A stretch of DNA of 64,000 nt. It comes from Patescibacteria group bacterium. Lineage in GTDB: Bacteria; Patescibacteriota; Microgenomatia; UBA1400; PJMF01. Below, piece by piece: positions 17,619 to 28,900 of the stretch. The notes under the pieces are model-generated. The model worked only from the letters and a program-made list of their open reading frames with translations. It made no database searches and was not told the origin of the DNA. The stretch covers positions 92,746 through 156,745 of the forward strand of contig JBDTME010000002.1 in assembly GCA_039934415.1 (NCBI GenBank), given 5' to 3'. The number at the start of each line of letters is the position of its first letter. Within the stretch, counting starts at the first letter, position 1. Both the position numbers and the translations under genes were made by a program.

Positions 17619-19385
17619 ATGCAAGTTTTACAGCAAGGGTTGCGTTTACACGGCCATGTCAAAGCGTTCCTTATTGGAGCGAGTCTTGCTGCGATTATTT
17701 TGACCGTAGGCGGCTATTTCATTTTTCAACACCAATTTAAAAATCGGTTTTACGAAGGCATCTTCATTGATAATGTGGACCTTTCCGGTTTGACGTCTGA
17801 TGAAGCACAACAAAAACTGACGGGTACGCCAGAAGTTTTTGCTCAAATGATCACACTCACTTCGAATGATGTTTCAGTTGCTTCATCTGAAGCAACGTTA
17901 GGCTTGCACCGTGAATACAAAACAGCGATAGACCAGGCGATTCAACTTGGTCGCAACGAAGGTTTCATCACTAATACGAGCAAGATCTTCCGCGCATATA
18001 CAAAAGGGAAAGCATTCAATTCTCATCTCGCATTTGATCCCATCAAGGTTCAGGACTTTGTCAAAGAACTCGCAGTAAAAGCAAATCTACTAGGCGAAGA
18101 ACCCAGTGCAACTATAAAGAATGGTCAGATTGAGATCAATATTGGGAAAATGGGCAATGGCATCATGATTGAAGATACGGCTCAAAGCATTTTAAGCGCA
18201 GCCAACTCAGCTACTCGACAATTTACAGCAATGCTGTCTCCAACAGGGACTCAGCTCACTCCCATTCAAGCGGACGAAGCCAAACATCGCGCAGAAAAGT
18301 TCATCGGCAAATCTATAGAAGGAAAAGTTGACGTAATTACAGTGGAGATTTCGGATGCTCAGCTAATTACCAGTTTGAAATTACCTTTGGGCTACAACAA
18401 CGACGAAGTAGAGAAAATTTTAAAAATGTTCACAGACAAAATCGATCGCCCAGCACAAAATGCTAAGTTTTCGTATGATGAACAGACCATGAAAGTCAAA
18501 GAGTTCGAACCAGATCTCGATGGCATTACAATTGACAAACAGCAGACTAAAAATCAAGTTCTAGAAGTACTAAAAAATATTGAACAAGGCATTCCTGACA
18601 AGGTAACAGTCATCGCCATATCAAAAGAAGCTAAAAAGGCTGACATATCGCTCGGATCACTCAACAACTTAGGACTAAAAGAAAGAATTGGTTTTGGGGA
18701 GACCTACTACTATCACTCTATTCCGACTCGCATTCATAATGTATCCCTGGCTGCTAAGATAGTGAACAATACTTTAGTCAAACCTGGTGAAGAGTTTTCA
18801 TTTAATAAAGCACTGGGCGATGTCTCAAAAGCAACTGGCTTCCAACCTGCCTATGTCATTCAGTCAGGACAAACAGTGTTGGGTGATGGTGGTGGGGTGT
18901 GTCAGGTCAGCACCACATTGTTTAGAGCTTTGCTGGATTCTGGTTTGAAAATTACCAAACGCAGAGCTCATAGCTATCGAGTCAGTTACTATGAATTGAA
19001 TAAAGATCCAGGCTTTGATGCCACGGTATACGCAGGTGATGTTGATTTGAGATTCTTGAACGACTCGCCTCAAGCAGTTCTCCTCCACTTCGAAACTTTC
19101 CCGGACAAATTGTACATGGTCGTCACTATTTATGGCACATCGGATGGTAGAACAACAGAAATTTCAGAGTATAAGAAATGGGATGTTCGAGGAGCGCCAC
19201 CTAGCCAGTACATTGATGACCCAACGTTACCTCCGGGGAAACTCGTCCAGATTGACTTTGCAGTGGGAGGAATCAAAGCTTCATTCAAACACACGGTAAA
19301 AGATAAAGATGGCAATGTTACATCAGAAAACACTTACTATTCCAACTATGTTCCTTGGTCAGCAAAGTATCGAAGAGGTGTATAA
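17619..19385 (+). CDS. VanW-family protein (N-terminal TM anchor)
   Basis: The VanW core GDGGGVCQVSTTLFRALLDSGL. Confidence 0.75.
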   Translation: MQVLQQGLRLHGHVKAFLIGASLAAIILTVGGYFIFQHQFKNRFYEGIFIDNVDLSGLTSDEAQQKLTGTPEVFAQMITLTSNDVSVASSEATLGLHREYKTAIDQAIQLGRNEGFITNTSKIFRAYTKGKAFNSHLAFDPIKVQDFVKELAVKANLLGEEPSATIKNGQIEINIGKMGNGIMIEDTAQSILSAANSATRQFTAMLSPTGTQLTPIQADEAKHRAEKFIGKSIEGKVDVITVEISDAQLITSLKLPLGYNNDEVEKILKMFTDKIDRPAQNAKFSYDEQTMKVKEFEPDLDGITIDKQQTKNQVLEVLKNIEQGIPDKVTVIAISKEAKKADISLGSLNNLGLKERIGFGETYYYHSIPTRIHNVSLAAKIVNNTLVKPGEEFSFNKALGDVSKATGFQPAYVIQSGQTVLGDGGGVCQVSTTLFRALLDSGLKITKRRAHSYRVSYYELNKDPGFDATVYAGDVDLRFLNDSPQAVLLHFETFPDKLYMVVTIYGTSDGRTTEISEYKKWDVRGAPPSQYIDDPTLPPGKLVQIDFAVGGIKASFKHTVKDKDGNVTSENTYYSNYVPWSAKYRRGV

Positions 19386-19415
19386 ATTTTAAAACTGGCG
19401 TGGTATAAAAATGCG

Positions 19416-20072
19416 ATGAGCGCACAGACCAACGAAAACCCTCTAATCGTCATAGCTGGCAACATGGCAGTCGGGAAAACGACTTTCGCAGAACTGCTCC
19501 ACACATACTACAATATCCCAATACTTCCAGAAAATTTTAACGATAATCCTTACTTGGAAAAATTTTATGAAGATATGGCTACTTGGGCATATCCTTCTCA
19601 ACTTTTTTTCTTAGAAGAAAGAGCAAAACAAAGCGTTGTCATAAACTCCAGACAGACTCCACTCATTCTTGATCGCTCAGTCTATGAAGATCGCGGAATT
19701 TTTGCAGAAAACCTGTATAGGAAAAATTTCATTTCTCCAGAAGATTTTGGGAAATATGAAAAGCGCTACCAAGAAATAATAACTGCTCTGCCATCTCCCA
19801 GCCTGCTTGTTTTTTTAACAGCTTCAGTGGACACGCTGATGAAGAGAATGGCAAACAGAGGAAGAGATTTTGAACAAAACATCGACAGATCATATTTAGA
19901 AGCGTTGAATACACTCTATAATGAATGGGTTGACTCACTACCTCTGGTACTCCCCAAGTCTAGAATACTAAAAATTGAGACTGATACTTTGAATCTGGTG
20001 AGTAATCACACAGATATTGAAAGCGGCCTGAGACAGATTGAAAAGAACATAAAACTCAATAGATCTACCTAA
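19416..20072 (+). CDS. deoxynucleoside kinase
   Basis: P-loop IVIAGNMAVGKTTFAELL, the LDRS..ED segment and a dNK-like length (218 aa). Confidence 0.75.
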   Translation: MSAQTNENPLIVIAGNMAVGKTTFAELLHTYYNIPILPENFNDNPYLEKFYEDMATWAYPSQLFFLEERAKQSVVINSRQTPLILDRSVYEDRGIFAENLYRKNFISPEDFGKYEKRYQEIITALPSPSLLVFLTASVDTLMKRMANRGRDFEQNIDRSYLEALNTLYNEWVDSLPLVLPKSRILKIETDTLNLVSNHTDIESGLRQIEKNIKLNRST

Positions 20073-20135
20073 ATTCGCGCCATTGGCATTGAATTGCTTT
20101 ATAAGAGAACCATCCTCATCTGGTAAAATACGGAC

Positions 20136-21212
20136 ATGAGTCCCACAAATGATCTTATTTCAATTTTAGCCATCGAATCTTCCTGCGACGAAACCGCGTG
20201 TGCAATTGTACAAAAATCACCAGACACCTCACTGGTAAAAGTCACTTCTTCTATTACAGCTACCAGTTTAGCCAAGCATAAAGCTACTCAAGGGATTGTT
20301 CCTGAGGTGGCAGCTCGAGAACAGCTCAAATATATACTGCCCGTGATTGAAGATGCGATCAAAGAGCACAAAACCCTGAAGCTGGACGCAATTGCAGTGA
20401 CTACTGGTCCAGGACTCGTTGGTTCTCTACTCGTTGGTATTGAAACTGCTCGTGCGCTGGCAGTGGCTTGGCAGTTGCCTGTTATTCCAGTCAATCACGT
20501 TCAAGCTCATCCATATGCCAATTTCGTAAAGCAGCAAGCTGATGAGCAGCAAGAACCAGACTTCCCGATCCTTTCTTGGGTGATCTCGGGAGGACACACA
20601 GATCTGTATCTCATGAACTCTCATCAAGATATTCAGAAACTTGGTAGTACTGTCGATGATGCGGCTGGAGAATGTTTTGACAAATGTGCTCGAGTGTTGG
20701 GGTTTGATTATCCAGGCGGACCATTCATTGAAAAACTGGCACAAGAATGTAATAACGACTTTCTTACGGCCTTTAAAGGAGAGTCTGTTCATCTTCCTCG
20801 GCCACTACTTCATGAAAAAACATTTGACATGTCGTTTTCTGGTTTGAAGACTGCTTTTTTGAGAGCATACACTGAAAAAAATAAAACTGTTGACGCTAAA
20901 GACTTAAAAGTACTACTTGCACATGAACTTCAAGAAGCAATCGGCGACATCATGATTAAGCGGACAGAGCAAGCTTTAAAAGAGTTTCCAACAATTAGAT
21001 CTATTATTGTCTCCGGCGGAGTTGCAGCAAATAAAAGATTGAAGCAGAAACTTGAAGAAAAGCTTTTAAATACAGAAAGTTATCAACACATTTCACTTCA
21101 CTTCCCGCCTCTCAGTTTATGCACAGATAATGCTGTCATGATTGGAGCGTACGCTGCATTTCATTTCGATCAAAAAACGAGTTGGGATAATGTAAGACTA
21201 ATGCTGCGATAG
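20136..21212 (+). CDS. tsaD: tRNA N6-adenosine threonylcarbamoyltransferase
   Basis: ILAIESSCDETACAIV and the GGVAANKRL motifs of the Kae1/TsaD family. Confidence 0.9.
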   Translation: MSPTNDLISILAIESSCDETACAIVQKSPDTSLVKVTSSITATSLAKHKATQGIVPEVAAREQLKYILPVIEDAIKEHKTLKLDAIAVTTGPGLVGSLLVGIETARALAVAWQLPVIPVNHVQAHPYANFVKQQADEQQEPDFPILSWVISGGHTDLYLMNSHQDIQKLGSTVDDAAGECFDKCARVLGFDYPGGPFIEKLAQECNNDFLTAFKGESVHLPRPLLHEKTFDMSFSGLKTAFLRAYTEKNKTVDAKDLKVLLAHELQEAIGDIMIKRTEQALKEFPTIRSIIVSGGVAANKRLKQKLEEKLLNTESYQHISLHFPPLSLCTDNAVMIGAYAAFHFDQKTSWDNVRLMLR

Positions 21213-21225
21213 AACAGACTTGGTC

Positions 21226-21537
21226 TTAATTTTTAGAAAAGTGGCCTTGGGGATTTCTCACTTCCTCTAGAGATTTCACAAGCTGTTGAATGTATGCACG
21301 CTCCTGAGCCTCTCTCGCAGTTACCTGCATAAAGGCTTTACGGGTACACCGAGATAATTTGTGATCTATGGGTTTTTTAATATATGTTTGATTTAAATCC
21401 ATCGCGGCAGACTCAGTTTTTGAGTAAGGAGATACAGGCGAATCAAGATACAACCTTCCATTCGCTACCGATGAGTACAGCTTTGCACCTTCTACAAATG
21501 TTTGTAACAACCTAGAAAATAAGCTTCGTTCTTTCAT
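21226..21537 (-). CDS. hypothetical protein
   Basis: A 103-aa ORF with no motif. Confidence 0.3.
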   Translation of the reverse strand: MKERSLFSRLLQTFVEGAKLYSSVANGRLYLDSPVSPYSKTESAAMDLNQTYIKKPIDHKLSRCTRKAFMQVTAREAQERAYIQQLVKSLEEVRNPQGHFSKN

Positions 21538-21609
21538 AGTCTTCCTTCAATTGCCGATTGTAACACGTCACTAAGGTTCTGCTCGCTTAAGTTAAAAGCT
21601 TTTATTCTG

Positions 21610-21618
21610 TGATATAAT
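21610..21618 (+). promoter_or_regulatory. extended -10 promoter element TGATATAAT
   Basis: TGnTATAAT match. It would initiate a ~450-nt leader upstream of valS. Confidence 0.45.
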
Positions 21619-21624
21619 TTCCTC

Positions 21625-21950
21625 AATAACATGACCGACTAGTCATCGGCAGTCCGTTAAGGACTGATTTGAGAGGAAAACTTTTTAACTGAGCAAAATC
21701 GCAGAGCGTGTTTACAAAAGACACGTGAAAAACAACCCCCTACAGGAGGAAAAAAACTGCGTGAAAATCTATTTTAAATAGAGTTTGATGCTTGGTTCTA
21801 AGTGAGTAGAACTCAACGGGTACGCCCGTTACAGCAGCAACAAAGTCTCGCTTCGGCGAGAGAAGTACGATGGTACCGAGTGCTTAGTTTGTAAACACTC
21901 TCGTATATACTCAGATTATTGAGTGTATAGGAGAGTGTTTTTTTTGACTT
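21625..21950 (+). ncRNA. candidate T-box leader (valine-specific) preceding valS
   Basis: It lies between the promoter and the terminator. A hairpin CCGA-CUAGUCA-UCGG exposes GUC+A (Val codon plus purine). A UUCG-capped hairpin is CUCGCUUCGGCGAG. A degenerate T-box GAUGGUACCGAG (UGGU would pair with ACCA of tRNA-Val) sits about 13 nt before the terminator's 5' arm. Confidence 0.4.
21893..21947 (+). terminator. intrinsic terminator: ~21-bp imperfect stem, GATT loop, then T8
   Basis: AAACACTCTCGTATATACTCA-GATT-TGAGTGTATAGGAGAGTGTTT followed by TTTTTTTT, 125 nt upstream of the valS ATG. Its position suggests an attenuator. Confidence 0.75.
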
Positions 21951-22071
21951 GACTGATACACTTTTCAAATCAGTTAAGTCAGATTGCGAGGTCTGGCGAA
22001 GTGTGAGGAGCCAGACTAAGCAAGATCATAAAAATCAAGTATTTGAGACAATCAAGTATTAAAGGAAAACT

Positions 22072-24369
22072 ATGGAAAAAAACTTTGATCACGCTCAACA
22101 AGAAGCAGCCATGTACGATCTTTGGGAAAAAGCGGAGGCGTTCAATCCAGACAGAATGCAAACAAAAAAGAAGACAGAAAGTGGTCGAGTCAAGTCAAAG
22201 CAGTTTTCAATCATCATGCCACCTCCCAACGCAAATGATCCGTTACACGTGGGTCATGCAATGTTTATCTCAGTAGAAGATATTTTAATTCGTTATCACC
22301 GGATGAAAGGTGACGACACGGTCTGGATTCCAGGCACAGATCATGCCGGCATCGAAACACAGTTCGTATTTGAAAAGAAATTAGCTAAACAAGGCAAAAG
22401 TCGATTTAACTTTGATCGAGATACTTTATACAAAATGATTTGGGACTACGTCCAAGAAAACTCCGGTGTGGCAGTAGATCAAATGAAGAAGTTAGGTGCA
22501 AGTGCAGATTGGTCTCGCTTTAAGTTCACACTCGATCCATCTGTTGTTGATTTCGTCGTGCAAACATTTCAAAAAATGCACGATGACGGACTAGTCTATC
22601 GAGATTTAAAACTGGTTAATTACTGCACTCACTGTGGCACGAGTTACTCTGAATTAGAAGTAAACCACACGGAGCAAACGACAAACCTGTATTACATTAA
22701 ATATCCTATGGCAGACGATCCCAATGAACACATTGTTGTCGCTACCACTCGACCAGAGCCGATTTTCGCAGACCAGTATTTAGCTGTGCATCCAGACGAC
22801 TCTTCAAAACAACATTTAATTGGAAAAAAGGTTTTGAATCCGCTCACAAAACAACCGATGGAGATCATTGCCGATTCGTTTGTGGACCCAGAGTTTGGTA
22901 CGGGAATTGTCAAACTCACACCAGCCCATGACTTCACAGACTTTGAAGTTGCTCAACGACATCATCTGCCTCTTGTACCTGCCATTGGTTTGGATGGGAA
23001 AATCTTGGAAAACGGTGGGGAGTTTGCAGGCTTAAAAGTTGCAGAAGCCAGAAAAAAAGTGGTAGAGGTCTTGGAAAAAGCAAATCTGATCGAGAAAATT
23101 AATTCGCAATATGTAAATCGCATCGGAACCTGTTATCGATGCGGTCGAATCATTGAGATCCTTCCACTCCCTCAATTTTTTATCAAAGTAAAAGATCAAA
23201 AAAACAATTTAACGCAAAAAGTGTTGGATGTTTTAGACAAGCAAGAAACCAAGATTTATGGAGCTGGTCGAGAAAAGATTTTGAGAAACTGGTTAGAAAA
23301 CTTAAAAGATTGGAATATTAGTCGCCAGATTGTGTGGGGCATTCGAATCCCTGTCTGGTATGAGATCACAGGGAACGAAGAGAAAATTTCAGTCACATTT
23401 ATTAACTCAAAAGGTGAGTTTCAAAAAACCGCCACACTACAAAAAAGACTCGATGAAGGCTATTCAATAGATGAAATTAAAAAAGGCTTGCAGCAAGTCT
23501 ACGCTCCTGCTGAGAATCATTTTGTTGTATCTGAAAAAAATCCAGGCGAGACATACCTCCCAGAAACAGATACTTTCGATACTTGGTTTTCTTCTGGTCA
23601 GTGGCCAATAGTGACGTTGAAAACAAACAAAGAAAATGATTTTGATCGTTTCTACCCCACGACAGTCATGGAAACTGCATACGATATTTTACTTTTTTGG
23701 GTAATGCGGATGATGATGATGGGCGTGTACTTGGAAAATAAAACCCCATTTGCACACGTCTATTTGCACGGGCTTGTGCGTGATGAAAAAGGTCAAAAAA
23801 TGAGTAAGAGTAAAGGGAATGTCATAAATCCTTTAGAGTTTGTAAATAAATATGGAGCTGATGCCGTCAGAATGGCTTTGATCATGTCCTCTACTCCAGG
23901 CTCTGATTCAGCGGTTGGTGAAAGTAAGATTCGAGGCATGCGAAATTTTTCAAATAAAATTTGGAATGCGGTGAGATTTATTTTATTAACTCTGGAAGAT
24001 GAATCACAAAATCACTCTGAAAAAAATCTAGACTCGGTTAAAGATCAGGCCTTTGAAAAGAAACTGAACGAGGTTGTTGGACAAGTCACAGATCAACTTG
24101 AAAAACTAAAAGTTGGAATGGCGGCAGAGATAGCCTACAACGAATTCTGGCACTGGTTTTGTGACGAGTGTATTGAAGAGCAAAAAAAAGGAAACCTTTC
24201 ACGCGATGCATTGTTAAAAGGCTTAATCACATTTTTGCGACTTCTCCATCCTTTTGCACCATTCGTAACTGAAACCGTTTGGCAAGAATTGTGGAACAAT
24301 GGTGATGAGCAGCTGAAAAAACAATTAGGAAGTAAGTTGTTGATCGTAGCTGAGTGGCCAACAGAATAA
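22072..24369 (+). CDS. valS: valine--tRNA ligase (short form without a C-terminal coiled coil)
   Basis: Class I HIGH (PLHVGHAM) and KMSKS (KMSKSKGN) motifs. The editing-domain and anticodon-binding regions are present. 765 aa. Confidence 0.85.
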   Translation: MEKNFDHAQQEAAMYDLWEKAEAFNPDRMQTKKKTESGRVKSKQFSIIMPPPNANDPLHVGHAMFISVEDILIRYHRMKGDDTVWIPGTDHAGIETQFVFEKKLAKQGKSRFNFDRDTLYKMIWDYVQENSGVAVDQMKKLGASADWSRFKFTLDPSVVDFVVQTFQKMHDDGLVYRDLKLVNYCTHCGTSYSELEVNHTEQTTNLYYIKYPMADDPNEHIVVATTRPEPIFADQYLAVHPDDSSKQHLIGKKVLNPLTKQPMEIIADSFVDPEFGTGIVKLTPAHDFTDFEVAQRHHLPLVPAIGLDGKILENGGEFAGLKVAEARKKVVEVLEKANLIEKINSQYVNRIGTCYRCGRIIEILPLPQFFIKVKDQKNNLTQKVLDVLDKQETKIYGAGREKILRNWLENLKDWNISRQIVWGIRIPVWYEITGNEEKISVTFINSKGEFQKTATLQKRLDEGYSIDEIKKGLQQVYAPAENHFVVSEKNPGETYLPETDTFDTWFSSGQWPIVTLKTNKENDFDRFYPTTVMETAYDILLFWVMRMMMMGVYLENKTPFAHVYLHGLVRDEKGQKMSKSKGNVINPLEFVNKYGADAVRMALIMSSTPGSDSAVGESKIRGMRNFSNKIWNAVRFILLTLEDESQNHSEKNLDSVKDQAFEKKLNEVVGQVTDQLEKLKVGMAAEIAYNEFWHWFCDECIEEQKKGNLSRDALLKGLITFLRLLHPFAPFVTETVWQELWNNGDEQLKKQLGSKLLIVAEWPTE

Positions 24370-24494
24370 AACAAGGTTTTAAAAATATGTAACATTATGT
24401 GTAACATTTACAAAAAGCGCTAAAACCCTGTGTGACTTGCTCATGTTTCTTTAGCTGATATTTTTCAATATACTTTCTAGTTGATACTCGCTAC

Positions 24495-24950
24495 TTGCTA
24501 TTAACAACTATGGAATCGATTGCATTTTTCTTTTTTACGATCCGACTGTCACTCACGCTGATGAGTGAGTTGATATTTGTGCTTTTGAGACTGTTGATTG
24601 GCACAAAAACGTTTCTGCTTTCCTTTTTCCTATTCTTACTGCTCATAGGTTCTGCTTCAGTGCAAATCGTGTTTAAAACTCCTCCACCACTGCCGCTCAT
24701 CATCACATTGAAAGATCGACAAGCAGCTGAGACTCGCATTTCTTTTTGGGAAAGTTTGGTCACGAGTTCTCCCAATCGTGACTCTTTTTTAAATCTAGAA
24801 AAACTCTATCGATATTTAAATGAAGAAGATCGTGCCAAGTTATTCAGAAAAAGAGCATTTTCACTCGACCCTGCGAATCCAGTATTTCAGAATGACGACT
24901 GGTTATGGCAAGAAGAACTCCCCGCCTCAACATCTGCAATATCTAATTAG
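24495..24950 (+). CDS. hypothetical membrane protein
   Basis: A 151-aa ORF with 2 N-terminal hydrophobic helices. Confidence 0.3.
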   Translation: MLLTTMESIAFFFFTIRLSLTLMSELIFVLLRLLIGTKTFLLSFFLFLLLIGSASVQIVFKTPPPLPLIITLKDRQAAETRISFWESLVTSSPNRDSFLNLEKLYRYLNEEDRAKLFRKRAFSLDPANPVFQNDDWLWQEELPASTSAISN

Positions 24951-25032
24951 TTTTTACAGAAATCTTGAAGTAATACAAAAAGGATCCCTGGTTAGAGGGA
25001 TCCTTAAATCATTTAAGTTGTGATAAAAATCT

Positions 25033-25764
25033 TTACTCTTTGCTGTCTTCTTTCTTTTCATCAGCTTTGGCTTCACCTTCGGCTGGTTTGGCTCCATCAG
25101 CAGGAGCACCTTCACCGTCAGCACCTTCAACACCTTCAGCAGGAGCAGCTTCTACTGGCTCTTCATCCATTTGTTGCAGCTCTTGGACTTGCAGCAAGAT
25201 CTCATCAGGTTCTAACGAAAGGGTCAATTTTGTTGAATCAGCTTTCAATTGTCTGACTGTAAATTCTTGGCCAATCTCTGTAAATTGAGTAAGATCAATC
25301 GTAAATGCTTCTGGGAAATCAGTTGGCAACGCTTCGACTTCAATTTCTTGGAACATTTGGTTAATACTGGCATCAGTAACTGCGAGTTCGCCGGTCAATT
25401 CAACTGGTACTGTTGCTGTAACTTTTTCTTTCAAGTCAACCTGACGGAAAGTGACGTGTAATGGTTTTCGAGACATCACGTCCAAATCAACACTATCAAT
25501 CAAGGTTGGTCTTTTTTCTTTTTCGCCGTCAACTTGAATGTACACGACTGCAGTTTCACCTGCATCAAGATGAATTTTACGAAATTCTTTTGCATCAACC
25601 GTGATCGCAACAGGAACCTTGATCTTGCCAGAAATATTGGCGGGAACTTGGCCTTTGTTTCTCAGCTGTTTGGATTTTTTACCAAAAAGAGTGCGTGGTT
25701 CAGCCTTTAGTTGGTGTTGGGTGTTCGTCATAAAACTCCTTGATTTGTGAGATAAACTTTTCAA
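25033..25764 (-). CDS. rplY: 50S ribosomal protein L25 / general stress protein Ctc form, with an acidic C-terminal extension
   Basis: The L25/Ctc beta-barrel region EPRTLFGKKSKQLRNKGQVPA..VYG and the DE-rich tail. The true start is probably the internal Met (MTNTQHQL) near 25731. Confidence 0.75.
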   Translation of the reverse strand: MKSLSHKSRSFMTNTQHQLKAEPRTLFGKKSKQLRNKGQVPANISGKIKVPVAITVDAKEFRKIHLDAGETAVVYIQVDGEKEKRPTLIDSVDLDVMSRKPLHVTFRQVDLKEKVTATVPVELTGELAVTDASINQMFQEIEVEALPTDFPEAFTIDLTQFTEIGQEFTVRQLKADSTKLTLSLEPDEILLQVQELQQMDEEPVEAAPAEGVEGADGEGAPADGAKPAEGEAKADEKKEDSKE

Positions 25765-25910
25765 TCGAGCAATTAGTTGGTGATAATCTAGCGAGTATTT
25801 GTAGCCAGATTGAAACGAACAAATGCTTCAAAATGAAGTCAAGAACGGCTATTGTACCAAGCAAAACGGGAAATCTCTAGAGGGAGGCTCAAAAATTCGT
25901 CAAAATGGTG

Positions 25911-28900
25911 TCACCGAAACTTCACCCCGGCAAAACTGTGTTCACCTCCCCAGAAGGAAAACTCGATCTTTTCGCCTGAGATTTGCGCATCTGGAGCTAT
26001 GACGATTGGCACATATTGAGGGTCGTAGAACATCGTAATTTTGGTGGGGGTTGCACCAGTGCCTGGTTGTTTTTGATCAAAAAAGGCATAAGACGCTTGT
26101 TTACCAATCGATTCTTCTTGATATTCGAGGACGACCTTGCTAGTAGTTTCTGGCAAAACTTCTATAAAAACTCCCACAACTTGTGAGTTTTTATCTTGAT
26201 ATTGTTTAATCAAGGCTGGTTCAACTGCCACGTTATTGACTGTCACCGTTCGTAACTTGGCGTTGTCGGGCAGGTACCAACGAATGTAGTTTTTATAGAC
26301 ACCACCTGGCCAGCTATTAGAGTTGCTGCTATTTTCGTACGTGATGGTGCGTTGATGGATGATCATATCCGACTTAATTTGGCTACTATGCTCAACTTTT
26401 TTCTTGATGGAGTAGTTTACTTTATTCACCCCCACGTTTGAGTCAACTTGATAGATCCGACTCACTAAACATTGCTCCTGAACGAGTTGTGTTGGGCAAG
26501 GTGGCGTAATCACACTCCCCGTCCACCCTAGAGTTCCAAGCGTCGTTTCCGTAGCCAGATCTTGAAATGAAGCGGTGATTTCAGCCTGTTTCAGTTGATC
26601 AGATAAGACACTCACTAACTGTTTAGTTTGGCTTTCGTCCATCGTTTTAATTTTTTCCAGGGTTGCTTGAAAAATACTGGCAAGAAAATCAGGTTTTTGT
26701 GCGGTTGGTTCTGTGCTGAGCAGACCTGTTTTCGCATAAAAAAACTCGCGTTCTGCGAAGTTTTTCTCGGTAATACTTTCGTTGTCAAAATCCTTCAAAC
26801 TCACGGAGCCTAGTACGCCAATGACTTTAGCCAAGGAGTTTGTGTTGATACCAATTACACCATCGACTGTAGTGCTCGTACCTTTTTCGAGGAAAAATTG
26901 AATTTGTTTGGCAGTAATCTCAAAATTTGGATTCCAGTTTGCATCACGCAGGTGCCACTGCTTCTCACCCAAGTATTGCTGGACTTCTTCAGGAGGCTGA
27001 ATTTCACCGCTTATTGCTGAAGAAACTTCATCAGGTTTCAGTATTTTGACATTACTCACTTTCCCTTCAGTCAGTGTCACTGTTGCTATACTCTGAACAA
27101 AACCGCCTGTTGCTCGCAACTCTTGAGAGTCTTGCAGAACGATTGCAATCGTTTTCGTTCGTTCTTTGTTCAAAATATTCGGAATTACTTCTGTCAATTG
27201 TTGTCCAACCAGAACCTCTCGTCGAATCTCACTAATAGTATCGATAAAGTCTTTCTGTTGATCTGGGGTGAACTGTGTTTGAAAAAAAATACTGGAGCTC
27301 GTGTCTTTTAGCTCACCTTCAAGAAGAGAAAGTTGTTTGTAGACGGTGTCAGTTTGGCCAAGACTTGGAGTCAAAGTCGAGACTGGATCACCGCTCTCTG
27401 CGCCTAATACTTGACGAATTGCGTGCACATGTCGAGTTTGAATTTCATTGAGCGCAATGCTGAGTGTGGAGAGCTTTTTGGCGACGTCGAGCTGGCTGTA
27501 TGAATCTGCAAAAATACTTGTTCCCATCACGCTTGAGTAGAAGGAAAGCTGTTTATCAAGTAAGTTCTGAGAAAAAATTAAATTGGCGGTGGATTTCGAA
27601 TCAACACCACCCCCCTGTTCAAATTCTTGAACCATCTTCATCAGATTTTTTTGTAAAGAAGTGACGGAAAAGAAAAACAACGCAACGAGGAAGATTGCCG
27701 TTCCAAACACGGCACAAAAAAACCAAAAAATGCCCTTTTGGGCGCGATACCACTTCCCTACCCGAGTCTCTTGACCGAATAAAATTTGAATTGGAGTTGT
27801 GGTTCGTTCTTGATGGCGGTCAGCGCGCGTTCTTTGAGGTTTTAGGGTGCCAGAGAAAAGAGTGGCAATTTTTTTCTCAAGTAATCTCTTTTGGTGCTCT
27901 TCATCTTTCTCTAGTTCTTTTATCTTCTCTTGCTCTTGCTGTCGCTCGTGGTGAACTCTGGCTGTGATTTGAGGATTAACCTGAGGTGCAGCAGCTTCTG
28001 CTGCTACAGCAGAGTTGACGTGTCTTTCCAAACTAGTTGAAAATTGTTGCAATATAATTTTGGATCGCCGAATGTCGGGCATCTGTTGCTCTGGAATTAA
28101 AATCGGCCCTCGATTAGGCAAAGTGATAATCGGTGACGCAACGTTGAGTTGGATTGCACTTTCTTGAATACCCAAGGTGTTGACCAAAGCGCTCGGTTCG
28201 GAAACCTGTGGCGTCAAGTGATAATTTGCCATGCTTTTCGGAACTAGTTGAGAAAGCGGCAAAGTATCCAGTACATTTACCCGAGGTGTCTCGGCTCGTT
28301 TTTCAACAATTTTTAGGGGCTTTCGGACATCTTTTTTATTTTTTTCAGTGGGTTCTTTTTCCATTTCTTCATCGTGGTTTGAAGTTGGAGCAGGAGGTGG
28401 AACTGAAACAGGAGCCTGTGTGGTAGTTTTGCTCGCAGAAACTTTCTTCTCATCTAATGGTCGCGCTTTAGGAACATGTGGTCTGGGAATGTCGGTTGAA
28501 CTGTAGTCCTCTACTGTCTTTTCTGGTTGATAGTGAAATTTCGCCTCTACAATCAACTCCGACACCACTTCTTCCAATGTCGCGCTCCCTGGAATTGGAA
28601 AATCTTTGAATCCCCCACTCCATTCTGATTTTAAGTCTGGATGAAGTAACACCTCTTCACCTTTAAACCGGCGTCGGAACTCGCTCTGTATCGTTTTCAT
28701 GATCGTTTTGGTGAGTAATGGTCTCTTACTCACCACTACTCGCCGCTTGCCACCTCTAGGGTCAAAACTCAAACTCACTAGACTCTCTACAACTTCTTTT
28801 TCATTTAAAAAACCAATTTGATCGCTGGTAAAAGGAAACTTACTTTGATGTAAAAAGTGGATTATTTGCTGATAATTCAAACTAAACAACTCATTCGACA

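Noticed and set aside
24395-24420. Direct repeat TGTAACATT x2 downstream of valS
   Set aside because: It is too short and AT-rich to call. No flanking hairpin or T-run is present, so it is not a terminator or a recognisable operator.
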